Assembly: GCA_963767735.1 (NCBI GenBank)
Contig: CAVYES010000005.1
Coordinates: forward strand, 416,001-480,000
Reading direction: 5' to 3'
Length of the DNA: 64,000 nucleotides
Source of the DNA: Candidatus Bathyarchaeota archaeon
GTDB taxonomy: Archaea; Thermoproteota; Bathyarchaeia; Bathyarchaeales; Bathycorpusculaceae
In this document: in pieces, positions 21,799 through 32,122 of the stretch
Position numbering within the stretch: the stretch's first letter is position 1
Layout: every line of letters begins with the position of its first letter
Notes under the pieces: model-generated
Told to the model about the DNA's origin: nothing
Seen by the model: the letters and a program-made list of their open reading frames with translations, nothing else
The model's database searches: none
Program-made: the position numbers and the translations under genes

Positions 21799-22878
21799 AT
21801 GTGCGTACCTACTTCACAACCTAAACCTCACCTTTCATTGTTGAGCAAATTCCTTACCGTCTGGATATTTTTAGCCATGGCACTCGGGGTCGCAATTGGC
21901 TACATTTATCCGAAGGTATCCAGCGCCATAGGCTCTCTAAGCATCGGAACCACCTCAATACCCATAGCGATAGGCCTGATTTTGATGATGTACCCTCCGC
22001 TTGCAAGAGTACGCTATGAAGACCTAAAAAAAGTGGTGACAGCTAAAGGCTCAAAAACCATGCTCACCGAGTCGCTTACTCTAAACTGGGTAATAGGACC
22101 CTTGTTGATGTTTGTTTTAGCCTGGGTGTTCCTCGGTGCCTATCCTGACCTGCGAAACGGCATAATCCTCATCGGTATAGCACGATGCATCGCCATGGTT
22201 ATTGTATGGAATAACCTTGCAGAAGGCGACAATGAATGGACCGCCATACTGGTCGCAATAAACTCCATTTTCCAAATAATAATGTACTCTGTTCTAGCGT
22301 ACTTCTACATAACTATAGCGAGCTCTTGGATTTCAGGCTCAGGGCAAGTCGTCAACATTTCCCTAATACAAGTAGCAGAGTCAGTGGTCATCTACTTAGG
22401 AATCCCCTTCTTCGCAGGAATCCTAACCCGATACTACTTCTTAAAAGCCAAAGGAAAAGAATGGTACGATCACAAACTAATGCACAATCTAAGCCACCTC
22501 TCACTGATCGCGTTGCTCTTCACAATTGTGGTCATGTTCTCACTCAAGGGGCAATACATAGTAAGTCTGCCGTTGGATGTTGTAAGAGTCGCCATTCCGC
22601 TCTTAGTCTACTTTGTAATAATGTTCTCATTAGCATTCGCTATAGGGCACTACTCTAAACTGGGTTACAAAAGAACAACCTCGCTCTCTTTCACCGCTGC
22701 CAGCAACAACTTTGAATTAGCCATAGCCGTAGCCGTCGCTGTTTTTGGTTTAGCTTCTCAAGAAGCCTTTGCAGCAGTTATAGGACCACTAATTGAGGTG
22801 CCAGTTATGATAAGTTTAGTGAACGTCGCTCTCTGGATAAGAAAGAAATATTATGCGGATAAGGAGAATGAAGGATGA
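21799..22878 (+). CDS. acr3: ACR3 arsenite efflux transporter
   Basis: [29 protein letters not shown]. Confidence 0.95.
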   Translation: MCVPTSQPKPHLSLLSKFLTVWIFLAMALGVAIGYIYPKVSSAIGSLSIGTTSIPIAIGLILMMYPPLARVRYEDLKKVVTAKGSKTMLTESLTLNWVIGPLLMFVLAWVFLGAYPDLRNGIILIGIARCIAMVIVWNNLAEGDNEWTAILVAINSIFQIIMYSVLAYFYITIASSWISGSGQVVNISLIQVAESVVIYLGIPFFAGILTRYYFLKAKGKEWYDHKLMHNLSHLSLIALLFTIVVMFSLKGQYIVSLPLDVVRVAIPLLVYFVIMFSLAFAIGHYSKLGYKRTTSLSFTAASNNFELAIAVAVAVFGLASQEAFAAVIGPLIEVPVMISLVNVALWIRKKYYADKENEG

Positions 22879-23279
22879 AAAAAATATTATTTGTCTGTGT
22901 AGAAAATGCAGGCAGAAGCCAAATAGCAGAGGCCTTCGCCAACAAGTACGGAAAAAACAAATTTACCATTTCAAGTGCTGGGAGCAAACCCGCTGATAAA
23001 GTTAATCCAGTGGTCGTTGAGGCATTAAAAGAAAAAGGCATTGACATCTCGCAAAATAAGCCCAAGAAACTTACTTTCCAGATGGCCAAAGACTCAGACT
23101 TTATTATAACAATGGGTTGTAATGAACAAGGGATATGCCCTGGACAATTCCTCAAACCAACAGCTGATTGGAAACTTGATGACCCAAAGGGAAAATCTAT
23201 CGAGAAAGTAAGAGAAATCAGAGATGATATTGAGAACAGAGTCCAGAAACTGATAGCTGAAGAAAGCAACAGTAATTAA
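22875..23279 (+). CDS. arsC: Arsenate reductase (LMW-PTP family)
   Basis: [10 protein letters not shown]-loop, C..CP, DP. Confidence 0.9.
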   Translation: MKKILFVCVENAGRSQIAEAFANKYGKNKFTISSAGSKPADKVNPVVVEALKEKGIDISQNKPKKLTFQMAKDSDFIITMGCNEQGICPGQFLKPTADWKLDDPKGKSIEKVREIRDDIENRVQKLIAEESNSN

Positions 23280-23296
23280 ATCCTGGAGACACAAAT

Positions 23297-23473
23297 TTGA
23301 AAATATATGTAGGTCTGAAAGAAAAAACTAAGCCTGCAATATTTGAATCGGAAACAGAACCAAACAGGAAGACTTACCCTCAATATGATATCATTTACGG
23401 TCCTTTCAAATCAAAAGAAGATGCGGAAAAATACGTCACAACAATGGGTGAACTCGCCTGCGGGGACAGCTAA
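23297..23473 (+). CDS. 58-aa protein with SPOR-like motif (below ORF-track cutoff)
   Basis: TTG after GGAG; MKIYVG...YGPFKSKEDAEKY...ACGDS. Confidence 0.6.
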   Translation: MKIYVGLKEKTKPAIFESETEPNRKTYPQYDIIYGPFKSKEDAEKYVTTMGELACGDS

Positions 23474-23498
23474 AATTTTTCAGACTTGGTGAGACCCG

Positions 23499-23828
23499 AT
23501 GAGTGAAGGCCCAATTAGAATTAGAAGCTGGGACGAATTCAAACGTTTAGTCAGTGAAAAGAAGCCCGCCTCATTAGTGTACGTCCTTGAACAAAATGCC
23601 CTCTCACCAAACAAGGAACTAACCAGCCTAAGAATCATAATGCTCCACGATATGCGTTACTACATTTTCCTTGACTTTCCAAAAGGGGACAAGTTGAGAG
23701 AAACAGGAATTCCTTTACACAAGGATAACAAGGGAATTCTTAATTTGGATGAAGACGAAGTCAAGGTTATTTTGAAGAAGCAGTTTGAGAAAGAGAAGAT
23801 AGACGTTTTTTCTTTCTGGACCACTTAA
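23499..23828 (+). CDS. Hypothetical protein
   Basis: 109-aa ORF with GGTGA ribosome-binding site. Confidence 0.7.
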   Translation: MSEGPIRIRSWDEFKRLVSEKKPASLVYVLEQNALSPNKELTSLRIIMLHDMRYYIFLDFPKGDKLRETGIPLHKDNKGILNLDEDEVKVILKKQFEKEKIDVFSFWTT

Positions 23829-23899
23829 AAAGGCGAAACAACATATGTCTATAAAGAATATATTGATGGTCTTTTTATATTCCAAAGGAATCGTTTGGA

Positions 23900-24379
23900 G
23901 TGAGTTGTATGGCTAAAACTAAAGTCTTGTTTTTGTGCACTCATAATTCAGCTCGATCACAGATAGCTGAAGGATTGCTCAGACACCTTTATGGTGATAA
24001 GTATGAGGTTTTTAGCGCTGGAACAAATCCTACCAAGGTGAATCCCTTAGCCATCAAAGTTATGGCTGAGATAGGGATAGATATTTCTGGGCAATACTCT
24101 AAAAACCTCGATGTTTTCAAAGATGACGATATCGACCTGGTTGTATCAGTCTGCCGCGGCGACTCAAAAATAAATTGTGCCATTTGCGCCTCTCCGATAG
24201 TTATGGGCAGGCCTGAATTGATTAGGTCAAGATTGCCCCGAGCAAAAGATTATTTGGATAACCCCTTTGCAGACCCAGCCGAAGTCGAGGGAACGGAAGA
24301 AGAAAAACTAGCCGCCTTCCGTCGAACAAGAGATGAAATGAAAAAGTGGATAATCGAGAAGTTTAGTTTAACGGAGTGA
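23900..24379 (+). CDS. arsC: Arsenate reductase (LMW-PTP family), paralog 2
   Basis: CTHNSARSQ. Confidence 0.88.
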   Translation: MSCMAKTKVLFLCTHNSARSQIAEGLLRHLYGDKYEVFSAGTNPTKVNPLAIKVMAEIGIDISGQYSKNLDVFKDDDIDLVVSVCRGDSKINCAICASPIVMGRPELIRSRLPRAKDYLDNPFADPAEVEGTEEEKLAAFRRTRDEMKKWIIEKFSLTE

Positions 24380-24386
24380 GCATGCA

Positions 24387-24821
24387 ATGCAAAAGACCAA
24401 AGTCATTTTCTTATGCACGGGAAATAAGGCGCGAAGCCAAATGGCTGAAGCATTTCTGAGGAAATATGCTGGTGATCATTTTGAAGTTTACAGTGCAGGT
24501 TTCAATCCTGAACCTATTCACCCCTACACTTTTCAGGTGATGAGAGAGCTGGGATATGACTTAAGTGGGCAACATTCCAAGGACTTGGCTCAATATCTTG
24601 GGAAGGAAAATTTTGGGATAGTTATAACGTTATGTCAGAAAGCAGAAGAGGACTGCCCCACCTTTCCAGGTGTATCCACAAGGCTATTTTGGCCCGTCGA
24701 AGACCCAGCGGCATTTCAAGGAACAGAAGAGCAAGAATTAGCCAAATTTCGAGAAGTCAGAGACCAAATAAACGAAAAGATAAAAACTTGGCTTAAAGAA
24801 AGAGGCATAACAGAAAACTGA
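24387..24821 (+). CDS. arsC: Arsenate reductase (LMW-PTP family), paralog 3
   Basis: CTGNKARSQ, LC..CP.FPG, DPA. Confidence 0.9.
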   Translation: MQKTKVIFLCTGNKARSQMAEAFLRKYAGDHFEVYSAGFNPEPIHPYTFQVMRELGYDLSGQHSKDLAQYLGKENFGIVITLCQKAEEDCPTFPGVSTRLFWPVEDPAAFQGTEEQELAKFREVRDQINEKIKTWLKERGITEN

Positions 24822-24911
24822 AAACCTCAAGATAACCATTCACCCTTTATCGCCCCGAAAAATTGGAAGAACACACATAATCGGGTTGAATTATATCAAT
24901 TCACTCTCTCT

Positions 24912-26205
24912 TTAGAGACCTGTTGAAATGGATGCCGTGAGCGCAGATTGTTTAATGCCTTTTTTTCTAAATGCAATTGCCGTAACGATTATAACTAAAA
25001 CAATGATTACGGCCGCTGCTAGATAGATAATTTCTGCTGGAAATGACGTAGCTGGCAGAGTGTGTGCTGAGAAAGCATATGCATTATGATCCCAAGAGCC
25101 TACGTAAACGCGGCCATCAACTATTGCAGGTGAAGAACTCACCCCGCCACCCGTTGCATAATTCCATATTTTTGCACCCGTAACTGAGTCAAAACAGTAG
25201 ACGTTGTGGTCCCATGATCCTATGTAGATATAACCGCCTGCGACTGCAGGAGAGGAGTCCACCTCGCCACCGGTTGTGTAGTTCCAAATTTTGTCTCCAG
25301 TTAAAGCGTCAAGACAATAAACACTATTATTGCCTTCGGATCCAATATAGACGTAACCGTTAGCAACTGCGGGAGAAGAGCCTCCTATTCCTCCAGTTAC
25401 GCGGTTCCACACTTTTGTGCCGGTTGATGCATTAAGACAATAAACGTTACCGTCTTCGGATCCTATGTAGATGTAACCGTTAGCAACTGCGGGAGAAGAC
25501 TCCACCACACCTCCAGTTGTATAGCTCCATATTTTGTCTCCAGTTAAAGCGTCAAGACAATAGACGTTATTGTTTGTAGACCCTATGTAGACGAATCTAC
25601 CGACGAGTGCAGGAAGACTCCACAAGACCCCCAGTCTTGTAGCTCCATACTTTTGTGCCAGTTGAAGCGTTAATGCAATAAATATTGCCGTCCCAAGACC
25701 CTACATAGATGTAGCCGCCGACAACTGCAGGAGAAGACTCAACAGTATTTCCGGTTGTGAAATTCCACACTTTAGCGCCAGTAGAAGCGTTAAGGCAATA
25801 AATATTGTGGTCATAAGAACCTACATAAACGAAGCCACCAGCAACTGCGGGAGAAGAGCCTATCGGTCCTCGGGTTGCGTAATTCCATATTTTTGTGCCG
25901 GTCAACGCGTTAAGGCAGTAGATAGTCCCATCATCAGATGGCATGTAGATGCAGCCATTGGCAACTGCGGGAGAAGAGCCTATGGGTTCTCGGGTTGTGT
26001 AGTTCCATAATTGAACTAAGGAAATTGCTGTAAGTGTGCTGGTTGAGTAGCCGGTGTGAGATAAATCATGATGAAACATTGGCCATTCATCTGGGGAAGA
26101 ACTGGCGAAGCTCAAGTCTGGCTGCATAAAACAAGAGAATAAGATTAGAAATAGGGTAATGAGACTGAAAAGCATTCGCTCAGGTTTTTTCATTTCGAGG
26201 ATCAT
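24912..26205 (-). pseudogene. PQQ-like (BamB-type) beta-propeller surface protein split by a frameshift near 25610
   Basis: The SSPAVA.G.VYVGS.D repeat continues across two overlapping frames; signal peptide in one ORF, TM anchor in the other. Confidence 0.85.
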
Positions 26206-26391
26206 CCTGAAGCACAGAATTAGATTGCATATTTAATTTCTTAGCTGTATAAGGCTGTCGGCCAATTCTGATTAACCATCTTCCAAAAATTAAGCCCCCT
26301 TCAGGAAGGGTTTCTTTATTGTGCTCGAAGCGAAGGAAAAACGTATTACAATCATGAAGTTTGGTCGTGTTCGCGTTTTTTCTTAGTAGCT

Positions 26392-26565
26392 TTAAGCCTG
26401 AGCAATTGCGTTTCGTAGTAATTTCGCTGTTTTGATCAACACGTTGACTTGTTTTTCTGTTAGATGTTCAACTTTTTGATTCTCAAGGCTTTGGACATAT
26501 TCGTCTAACGCCTTGGCTGCTTTATCTCCGCGCAACGTGCTGCTATCGCATATATTAACTGTCAA
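26392..26565 (-). CDS. Possible 57-aa hypothetical protein
   Basis: TTG-start ORF MTVNICDSSTLRGDKAAKALDEYVQSL... Confidence 0.45.
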   Translation of the reverse strand: MTVNICDSSTLRGDKAAKALDEYVQSLENQKVEHLTEKQVNVLIKTAKLLRNAIAQA

Positions 26566-26893
26566 TATTTATCGCCAAATAGCCATACGCCAAACCTCAA
26601 CATAACCTTTTCAAACGGTACTCAGAACAACTGTAGTACAATTGAGCAAATTAGATTGACAAAAAGACGCAATTGCAGATAATAAACTGCTGAACTTTAA
26701 CAATAAAATGTCAAAGTGGTTGTAGCCGTGTAGCACAAAACAATTTTTTATCTCGTCACATGAAAAAATCCTACTACTCCACTTGATTTAATCTCGTTGA
26801 AAAGTTCGCCTTAGTCATGCGCAATGTTTCCTGTTTAACTGCTTGTCCATTTTTTCCCAACGCGCTTTTTCATTGCTACTGAGGTTACTTTTT

Positions 26894-27943
26894 TCATTTT
26901 GGTTGTTGCTGTGAGATGCAGTGAATTGCCCCAAACCCACATATCAAGTCAACACAGTTTACGCCTACGACTTTTCTTTTCGGGAATAGTTCTTGCAGAA
27001 TAGATAACGCGAGCTTGTCGTTTTCTGATTCAAAGATTGGTACTAAAACTCTCTTGTTTCCTATGTAGAAGTTTGTGTAGCTTGCGGGAAGCCTTTTTTT
27101 GTTACACTCGACTTTTCCAGGCATTGGCAGCTTGACGATGTTTAGTTTCTTGCCGTCTTGATCGTTGGACTGGCACAGTATTTCATAATTTTTTCTTAAA
27201 ACGTCTGCATTTTCATCGTTGCCCTCTTCATAAGCGCACACAACCGTCGTCGGGTTAACAAACCGTGCAAGATCGTCCACATGACCATCCGTATCATCTC
27301 CAGCAATGCCGCATCTTAACCAAATGACATGAGTTGCCCCAAGATACTCTTGCAAGAATTTCTCGATTTTTTCTTTGCTAAGGTCAGGATTTCTGTTCTT
27401 ATTTAATAGACACTGTTCAGTCGTAAGCAGAGTCCCTTTTCCATTGACATCTATGGATCCGCCTTCCAAAACTATGCCCGGCTCAAAACATTTCAAGCCC
27501 ATCTGGTGGTTAATTAGGTGAGTGATTTGCCTATCTTTTAAGAGTTCTTCGTATTTTTCTCCCCAAGAATTAAAAATCCAGTGCACCATTGCTAACTCTT
27601 GATTCCTGTTCCTGACAAATATCGGACCGTAATCTCTAAACCAAACATCCGCATAATCAAATTCAAAAAAACGTATTCTACTTAAATCAATCTCTCTTTT
27701 CTCAAACAAACTTGTTATCTTTTTCTTCATGACTTCATCTTTCACAAGAAGATTAACGAATTCATCCTCATGAAGTAGCTTCACGATTTGAACGTAAGTT
27801 TCCTCGACTTTCTCGACGCCCGACGTAAACGTTGTAGGATCATGCGGCCACGCTAACCATACTGCCTCATGCTTAACCCATTCTGCGGGCATGCTGTATC
27901 CAAGTTCGGCGGGAGTCCCCTTTGTAGTGTTTTCAATATTCAT
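26894..27943 (-). CDS. aguA: Agmatine deiminase
   Basis: MPAEW, WFRDYGP, EGGSI, DTDGHVD, GAIHCISQQ. Confidence 0.95.
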   Translation of the reverse strand: MNIENTTKGTPAELGYSMPAEWVKHEAVWLAWPHDPTTFTSGVEKVEETYVQIVKLLHEDEFVNLLVKDEVMKKKITSLFEKREIDLSRIRFFEFDYADVWFRDYGPIFVRNRNQELAMVHWIFNSWGEKYEELLKDRQITHLINHQMGLKCFEPGIVLEGGSIDVNGKGTLLTTEQCLLNKNRNPDLSKEKIEKFLQEYLGATHVIWLRCGIAGDDTDGHVDDLARFVNPTTVVCAYEEGNDENADVLRKNYEILCQSNDQDGKKLNIVKLPMPGKVECNKKRLPASYTNFYIGNKRVLVPIFESENDKLALSILQELFPKRKVVGVNCVDLICGFGAIHCISQQQPK

Positions 27944-28860
27944 TACTGTGCCTCAGAATTTTTTTCGGATAGTTTATCGTAGGTGTCTGGTCGCCGATTT
28001 TTTAGGAACCCCCAGCCTTCTTGAATTTCTTTATTTTTACTAAGATCCACCTTGACAACCAGCACTTCCTCCTCGGTATCGCTGGCTTCTTTTAGCACTT
28101 TTCCAAAAGAGTCACAGACGAATGAACCGCCCCAAAACTTTAGTTGCCCTTCCTCGCCTACCCTATTCACAGCCGCAACATGAACCCCGTTCATTATGGC
28201 GTTGGCACGTTGCACTGTTTTCCAAGCATCATGCCAGTTCCCGTCCGATGAAGTATAGCCTTTAATCCAGCCAATCGCTGTGGGGTAGAAAATGATTTCT
28301 GCGCCCTTGAGTGCGTTGATTCTGGCTGGTTCAGGGAACCATTGGTCGTAGCAGATAAGTACGCCTACACATGCATACTGAGTTTTGTACACCGAGTACC
28401 CCGTGTTGCCTTGATCAAAATAGTTTTTTTCGTAGAACAGAGGGTCATGAGGTAGGTGCACCTTGCGGTAGGAACCCGAGATTTCGCCGTTCGCATCAAT
28501 TATCACAGCTGAGTTGTAGTATTTTCCGTTTGAGCTTTTTTCGAAGATAGGCGCAATTATAACGATCTTCTTTTTTTTCGCCAGCTCCGAGAAAGCTCTT
28601 GTTGATTCTCCTGGAATCGTTTCAGCTAATTCACTGACATCCTTTTTTTCTTCTTGCGGAAAATACTTGGTTCTATACAGTTCTTGAAGACAAACAATTT
28701 GAGCTCCCTTGCGTGAAGCCTCTTCAATTCTTTTAATAGTCTTATTCAAGTTTATGGCAACGTCATCTGAAACAATCGTCTGAATAAGACCAATAATGAC
28801 GATTTTTCTTTTTTCTTCTGTGGCCACAGCCTTTGGGTATGTAATGTCCGTCGAAATCAT
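27943..28860 (-). CDS. aguB: N-carbamoylputrescine amidase (nitrilase superfamily)
   Basis: LQEL, YRKVH, ICYDQWFPE; coupled to aguA. Confidence 0.88.
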   Translation of the reverse strand: MISTDITYPKAVATEEKRKIVIIGLIQTIVSDDVAINLNKTIKRIEEASRKGAQIVCLQELYRTKYFPQEEKKDVSELAETIPGESTRAFSELAKKKKIVIIAPIFEKSSNGKYYNSAVIIDANGEISGSYRKVHLPHDPLFYEKNYFDQGNTGYSVYKTQYACVGVLICYDQWFPEPARINALKGAEIIFYPTAIGWIKGYTSSDGNWHDAWKTVQRANAIMNGVHVAAVNRVGEEGQLKFWGGSFVCDSFGKVLKEASDTEEEVLVVKVDLSKNKEIQEGWGFLKNRRPDTYDKLSEKNSEAQ

Positions 28861-29052
28861 TGTGTTTCCTTAATTGCAACTACGTTGCTGGATGTAATAA
28901 CTTTTTTGAACCTAAACTGGAACATTAAGTCAGATCGTAAAAGTTTTTTAGTTGATCAAGGCGAAATTTATGCGTCCCAGTTTACTGATATATATTTTAT
29001 TTAGGAACCCTTAATTTCGTGGTTATTCCTACTAGTTAATGGTTCTGTTTTT

Positions 29053-30315
29053 TTGGGTAAAAAACAAGATGTTACGCTGAAACCGCAACTTTCCCTGTTT
29101 GAGGCTATAGCCACTGGTCTAGCTGCAATCCTTGGCGCAGGCATATTCGCAGTTATAGCTCCTGCTGCCGGTCTAGCTGGACCTGCAATACTTGTTTCTT
29201 TTTGCATTGCAGCGTTCGTGGCGCTTTGCAACGCACTCTCGTCCGTTCAGTTAGCAGCTGCATTTCCTCGCTCAGGAGGCACTTACGAGTTTGGACGCCG
29301 CATGCTAGGCGAAAGATGGGGCTTCATTGCTGGTTGGATGTTTCTGGTCGCGAACACTGTCGGGCCAGGTGTGAGCGCTTTGGCATTTGGTAGTTACCTT
29401 AGCGCTGTATGGCCAGCTATTCCCATGCGCATCGCGGCAATCGGCATTGCCACGGTTATAATTGTGCTTGATGCCTTGGGTATTCGCAGGTCAGTACGCA
29501 TAACCAGTGTAATAGTTATTTTATCTATTGCTTCATTGTTAGCTGTTGCTATAATTGGGCTGCCTTCAGCTCATTTATCTAATTTTCTGCCGTTTGCTCC
29601 AGGAGGAGTTATCGGCGTTCTGCGTGCAACTGGATTGCTTTTCTTTGCCTACACAGGATACAGCCGAATCGCGACACTAGTGGAAGAAGTGAGAAATCCA
29701 AAAAGAACCATTCCAAAAGCCTCGATGATAGCTCTGGGCACGGTTGCTTTACTTTATCTGTTTGTTGCTGGAACAGCAATTGCAGTCTTAGGCGCATCCA
29801 GAGTTGCCAGCTCATCTTCGCCTTTAGAAGCCATGATGATTGCTGTTGGAAGCGGCTTTGGCGTGGCTTTGGTTGCTGGAGGCGCTTTGCTTACCACATT
29901 CAACGAAGGACTTTCTGACCTTTTAGGTGTCTCCCGGGTTGCCTTTGCAATGGGCAGAGAAAGCGATTTACCTCAAGGATTAGCAAAAATGGGCGAGGAT
30001 AAGAACCCTTGGAGAAGTGTAATCTTTGTGGGTGCTATAACTTTGGTGGTTGCTGCTTTTGCCCCGTTAGAAACTGCTGTTGCTGTGTCCAGTTTTGGAA
30101 CCTTACTTTACTACTCCATAACTAACGTTTCTGCACTCAAGCTGCCTGGTGCTCAGCGCCGTTTTCCCCGTCCTCTCGCGGTAGCGGGGCTTATTGGCTG
30201 CTTGGGATTAGCTTTTTTACTCCCACCAGAATATGTTGCAATTGGTTTGGTGATTCTCGCGTTTGGTTTAGCCTTTCGTTTTGTGCGCCAAAGAATTCAG
30301 CGGCAAAATAAATAA
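29053..30315 (+). CDS. APC-family amino acid/polyamine permease
   Basis: ILGAGIF, FPRSGG.Y, FAYTGY, ~12 TM. Confidence 0.92.
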   Translation: MGKKQDVTLKPQLSLFEAIATGLAAILGAGIFAVIAPAAGLAGPAILVSFCIAAFVALCNALSSVQLAAAFPRSGGTYEFGRRMLGERWGFIAGWMFLVANTVGPGVSALAFGSYLSAVWPAIPMRIAAIGIATVIIVLDALGIRRSVRITSVIVILSIASLLAVAIIGLPSAHLSNFLPFAPGGVIGVLRATGLLFFAYTGYSRIATLVEEVRNPKRTIPKASMIALGTVALLYLFVAGTAIAVLGASRVASSSSPLEAMMIAVGSGFGVALVAGGALLTTFNEGLSDLLGVSRVAFAMGRESDLPQGLAKMGEDKNPWRSVIFVGAITLVVAAFAPLETAVAVSSFGTLLYYSITNVSALKLPGAQRRFPRPLAVAGLIGCLGLAFLLPPEYVAIGLVILAFGLAFRFVRQRIQRQNK

Positions 30316-30383
30316 GCGTGTCAAGGCATTTTGAAGAAAAGTTTCTTAAAGCATCTTTGCAATAAGGAATAAGGGTTATTGGG

Positions 30384-30842
30384 ATGCTTCAGACAAGCTT
30401 GGATGATTTGGATAAGCGCATACTTAAGTTGTTGCAATTTAACGGTCGGCTTTCATTTGCAGATCTTAGCCGTGAACTAGATGTCGCTGAAGCTACGGTT
30501 AGATTTCGGGTTAGCCGGCTTGTAAGTAACGGTGTCATAACTAGATTTGCAGCTTTGCTTAATCCAGCTAAAGTTGGTATGAAAGTTAGCGGCGCAATCT
30601 TGCTCAAAATTGATCCAGCCTTCTTGGAAGAAGCCTGCAAGCAACTAGTTTCATTTAGCGAAACGCAATACCTGTTTCAAAGCACTGGTGAATACGATGT
30701 GGTTTCGGTGATTGTGGCCCGAGACATGGAACATCTTAATAGCTTGATAAAGAAAACCAAGATCATTCCAGGGGTAAAAGATGCACGAGTATCAGTTACA
30801 ACAAGATTTTTGAAATTTGACCCCAGTATCATCTTGCTATAA
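30384..30842 (+). CDS. Lrp/AsnC transcriptional regulator
   Basis: LDDLDKRIL HTH, TGEYD. Confidence 0.92.
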   Translation: MLQTSLDDLDKRILKLLQFNGRLSFADLSRELDVAEATVRFRVSRLVSNGVITRFAALLNPAKVGMKVSGAILLKIDPAFLEEACKQLVSFSETQYLFQSTGEYDVVSVIVARDMEHLNSLIKKTKIIPGVKDARVSVTTRFLKFDPSIILL

Positions 30843-31009
30843 TCTAATCCAGCTACACCAGGGCTTCGGTTTTCTTGCTGAATCCGCAAGAATTTTCGCT
30901 TAATGCTAAGTTTTCCGTAAGGTTAATAGATAGAGCATTGTAACCTAATGTGGGAAAAGAGCTAAGTCCTAAAGGATAAGCAACCGCTTCAAAAATCAAA
31001 CTTGGTGAA

Positions 31010-31567
31010 ATGGTGAAAGAGAATACAAACCAGAATAAAGACGAAAAATTCGAAAATTCGGAACCAAAGCCGGATTCGCATTATTTTAAAATGTCATCGC
31101 CTTTAAGCCTCGACGAAACTGACAGAACAATACTGCAGATACTTCAAGATGACTTTCCCATTGTACAAGAACCTTGGCTTGAAATAAGCAATAGACTCAA
31201 CGTCAGCGAAGGCGAAGTTATATCGCGTTTAAAGCGTCTCATTGAAGCAGGTGCCATCGTAAAGATAGGTCCAGTCTTTGATGGTTCAAGAATCGGTTTA
31301 AAGGCAGCTACTTTAATCGCAATGAAGGTACCGAAAAACAAAGTAAATGATGTTGCACGCGTCATAAACGAGTATGATAACGTTTCCCACAATTACGAAC
31401 GTGAGAATGAATATAATGTGTGGTTTACTCTTGCAGCGTCAAGCAACAGCGAATTAGCCATGATACTGAGCGACATAAAGCAAAAAACGGGCATGACCGA
31501 CTTTGACGTTCTTGACTTGCCCACCATTCGCCGCTTTAAAATAAACGTACATTTCCAGCTAACCTAA
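31010..31567 (+). CDS. ahbA: Siroheme decarboxylase alpha subunit
   Basis: LQDDFP, VSHNYER, NVWFTL; gene context. Confidence 0.85.
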   Translation: MVKENTNQNKDEKFENSEPKPDSHYFKMSSPLSLDETDRTILQILQDDFPIVQEPWLEISNRLNVSEGEVISRLKRLIEAGAIVKIGPVFDGSRIGLKAATLIAMKVPKNKVNDVARVINEYDNVSHNYERENEYNVWFTLAASSNSELAMILSDIKQKTGMTDFDVLDLPTIRRFKINVHFQLT

Positions 31568-31591
31568 ACAAATTTTTAAGGTGAAAGAAAC

Positions 31592-32122
31592 TTGGATGAA
31601 ATTGACCGTAAACTTTTAGCTGGCATGGAAAAAGGCATCCCTTTGACAGCAGAGCCCTTCAAAGAAATAGCACTCCAATTAGGAATCACATCGGATGAAG
31701 TGGTTACTCGCTTAAGTAATCTTAAAGAGAAAGGCATGATCAGGCGGTTTGGGGCTTCATTAAAACCTAGCAACATCGGTTTCTTGGCAAATGCCCTTGT
31801 GGCTTGGAAGGTGCCTGAAAACCGCGTTCAAGAAATCGGAGCATCTTTGTCAAAATACCGAGAAATCTCCCATTGCTACGAGCGTAAAGTTGTCAATGGA
31901 AGATGGGATTACAATCTTTACACGGTTATACACGGAAAAGAACGAGAAGTTGTTCAACGTATGGTTAAGGAAATCTCAGGTGAAATCGAAATAAACGAAT
32001 ACAAAATACTGTACAGTACAAGAGACCTAAAAAGAAATGTCAGCACTGGCAACTTCGTTGAGGCTCCAGCAGAAGCTTCTTCGATGTTTTCAGAAAAATT
32101 TCAGGAGATGAATGATCCATGA
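31592..32122 (+). CDS. ahbB: Siroheme decarboxylase beta subunit
   Basis: IRRFGA, ISHCYER, YNLYTVIHG. Confidence 0.85.
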   Translation: MDEIDRKLLAGMEKGIPLTAEPFKEIALQLGITSDEVVTRLSNLKEKGMIRRFGASLKPSNIGFLANALVAWKVPENRVQEIGASLSKYREISHCYERKVVNGRWDYNLYTVIHGKEREVVQRMVKEISGEIEINEYKILYSTRDLKRNVSTGNFVEAPAEASSMFSEKFQEMNDP

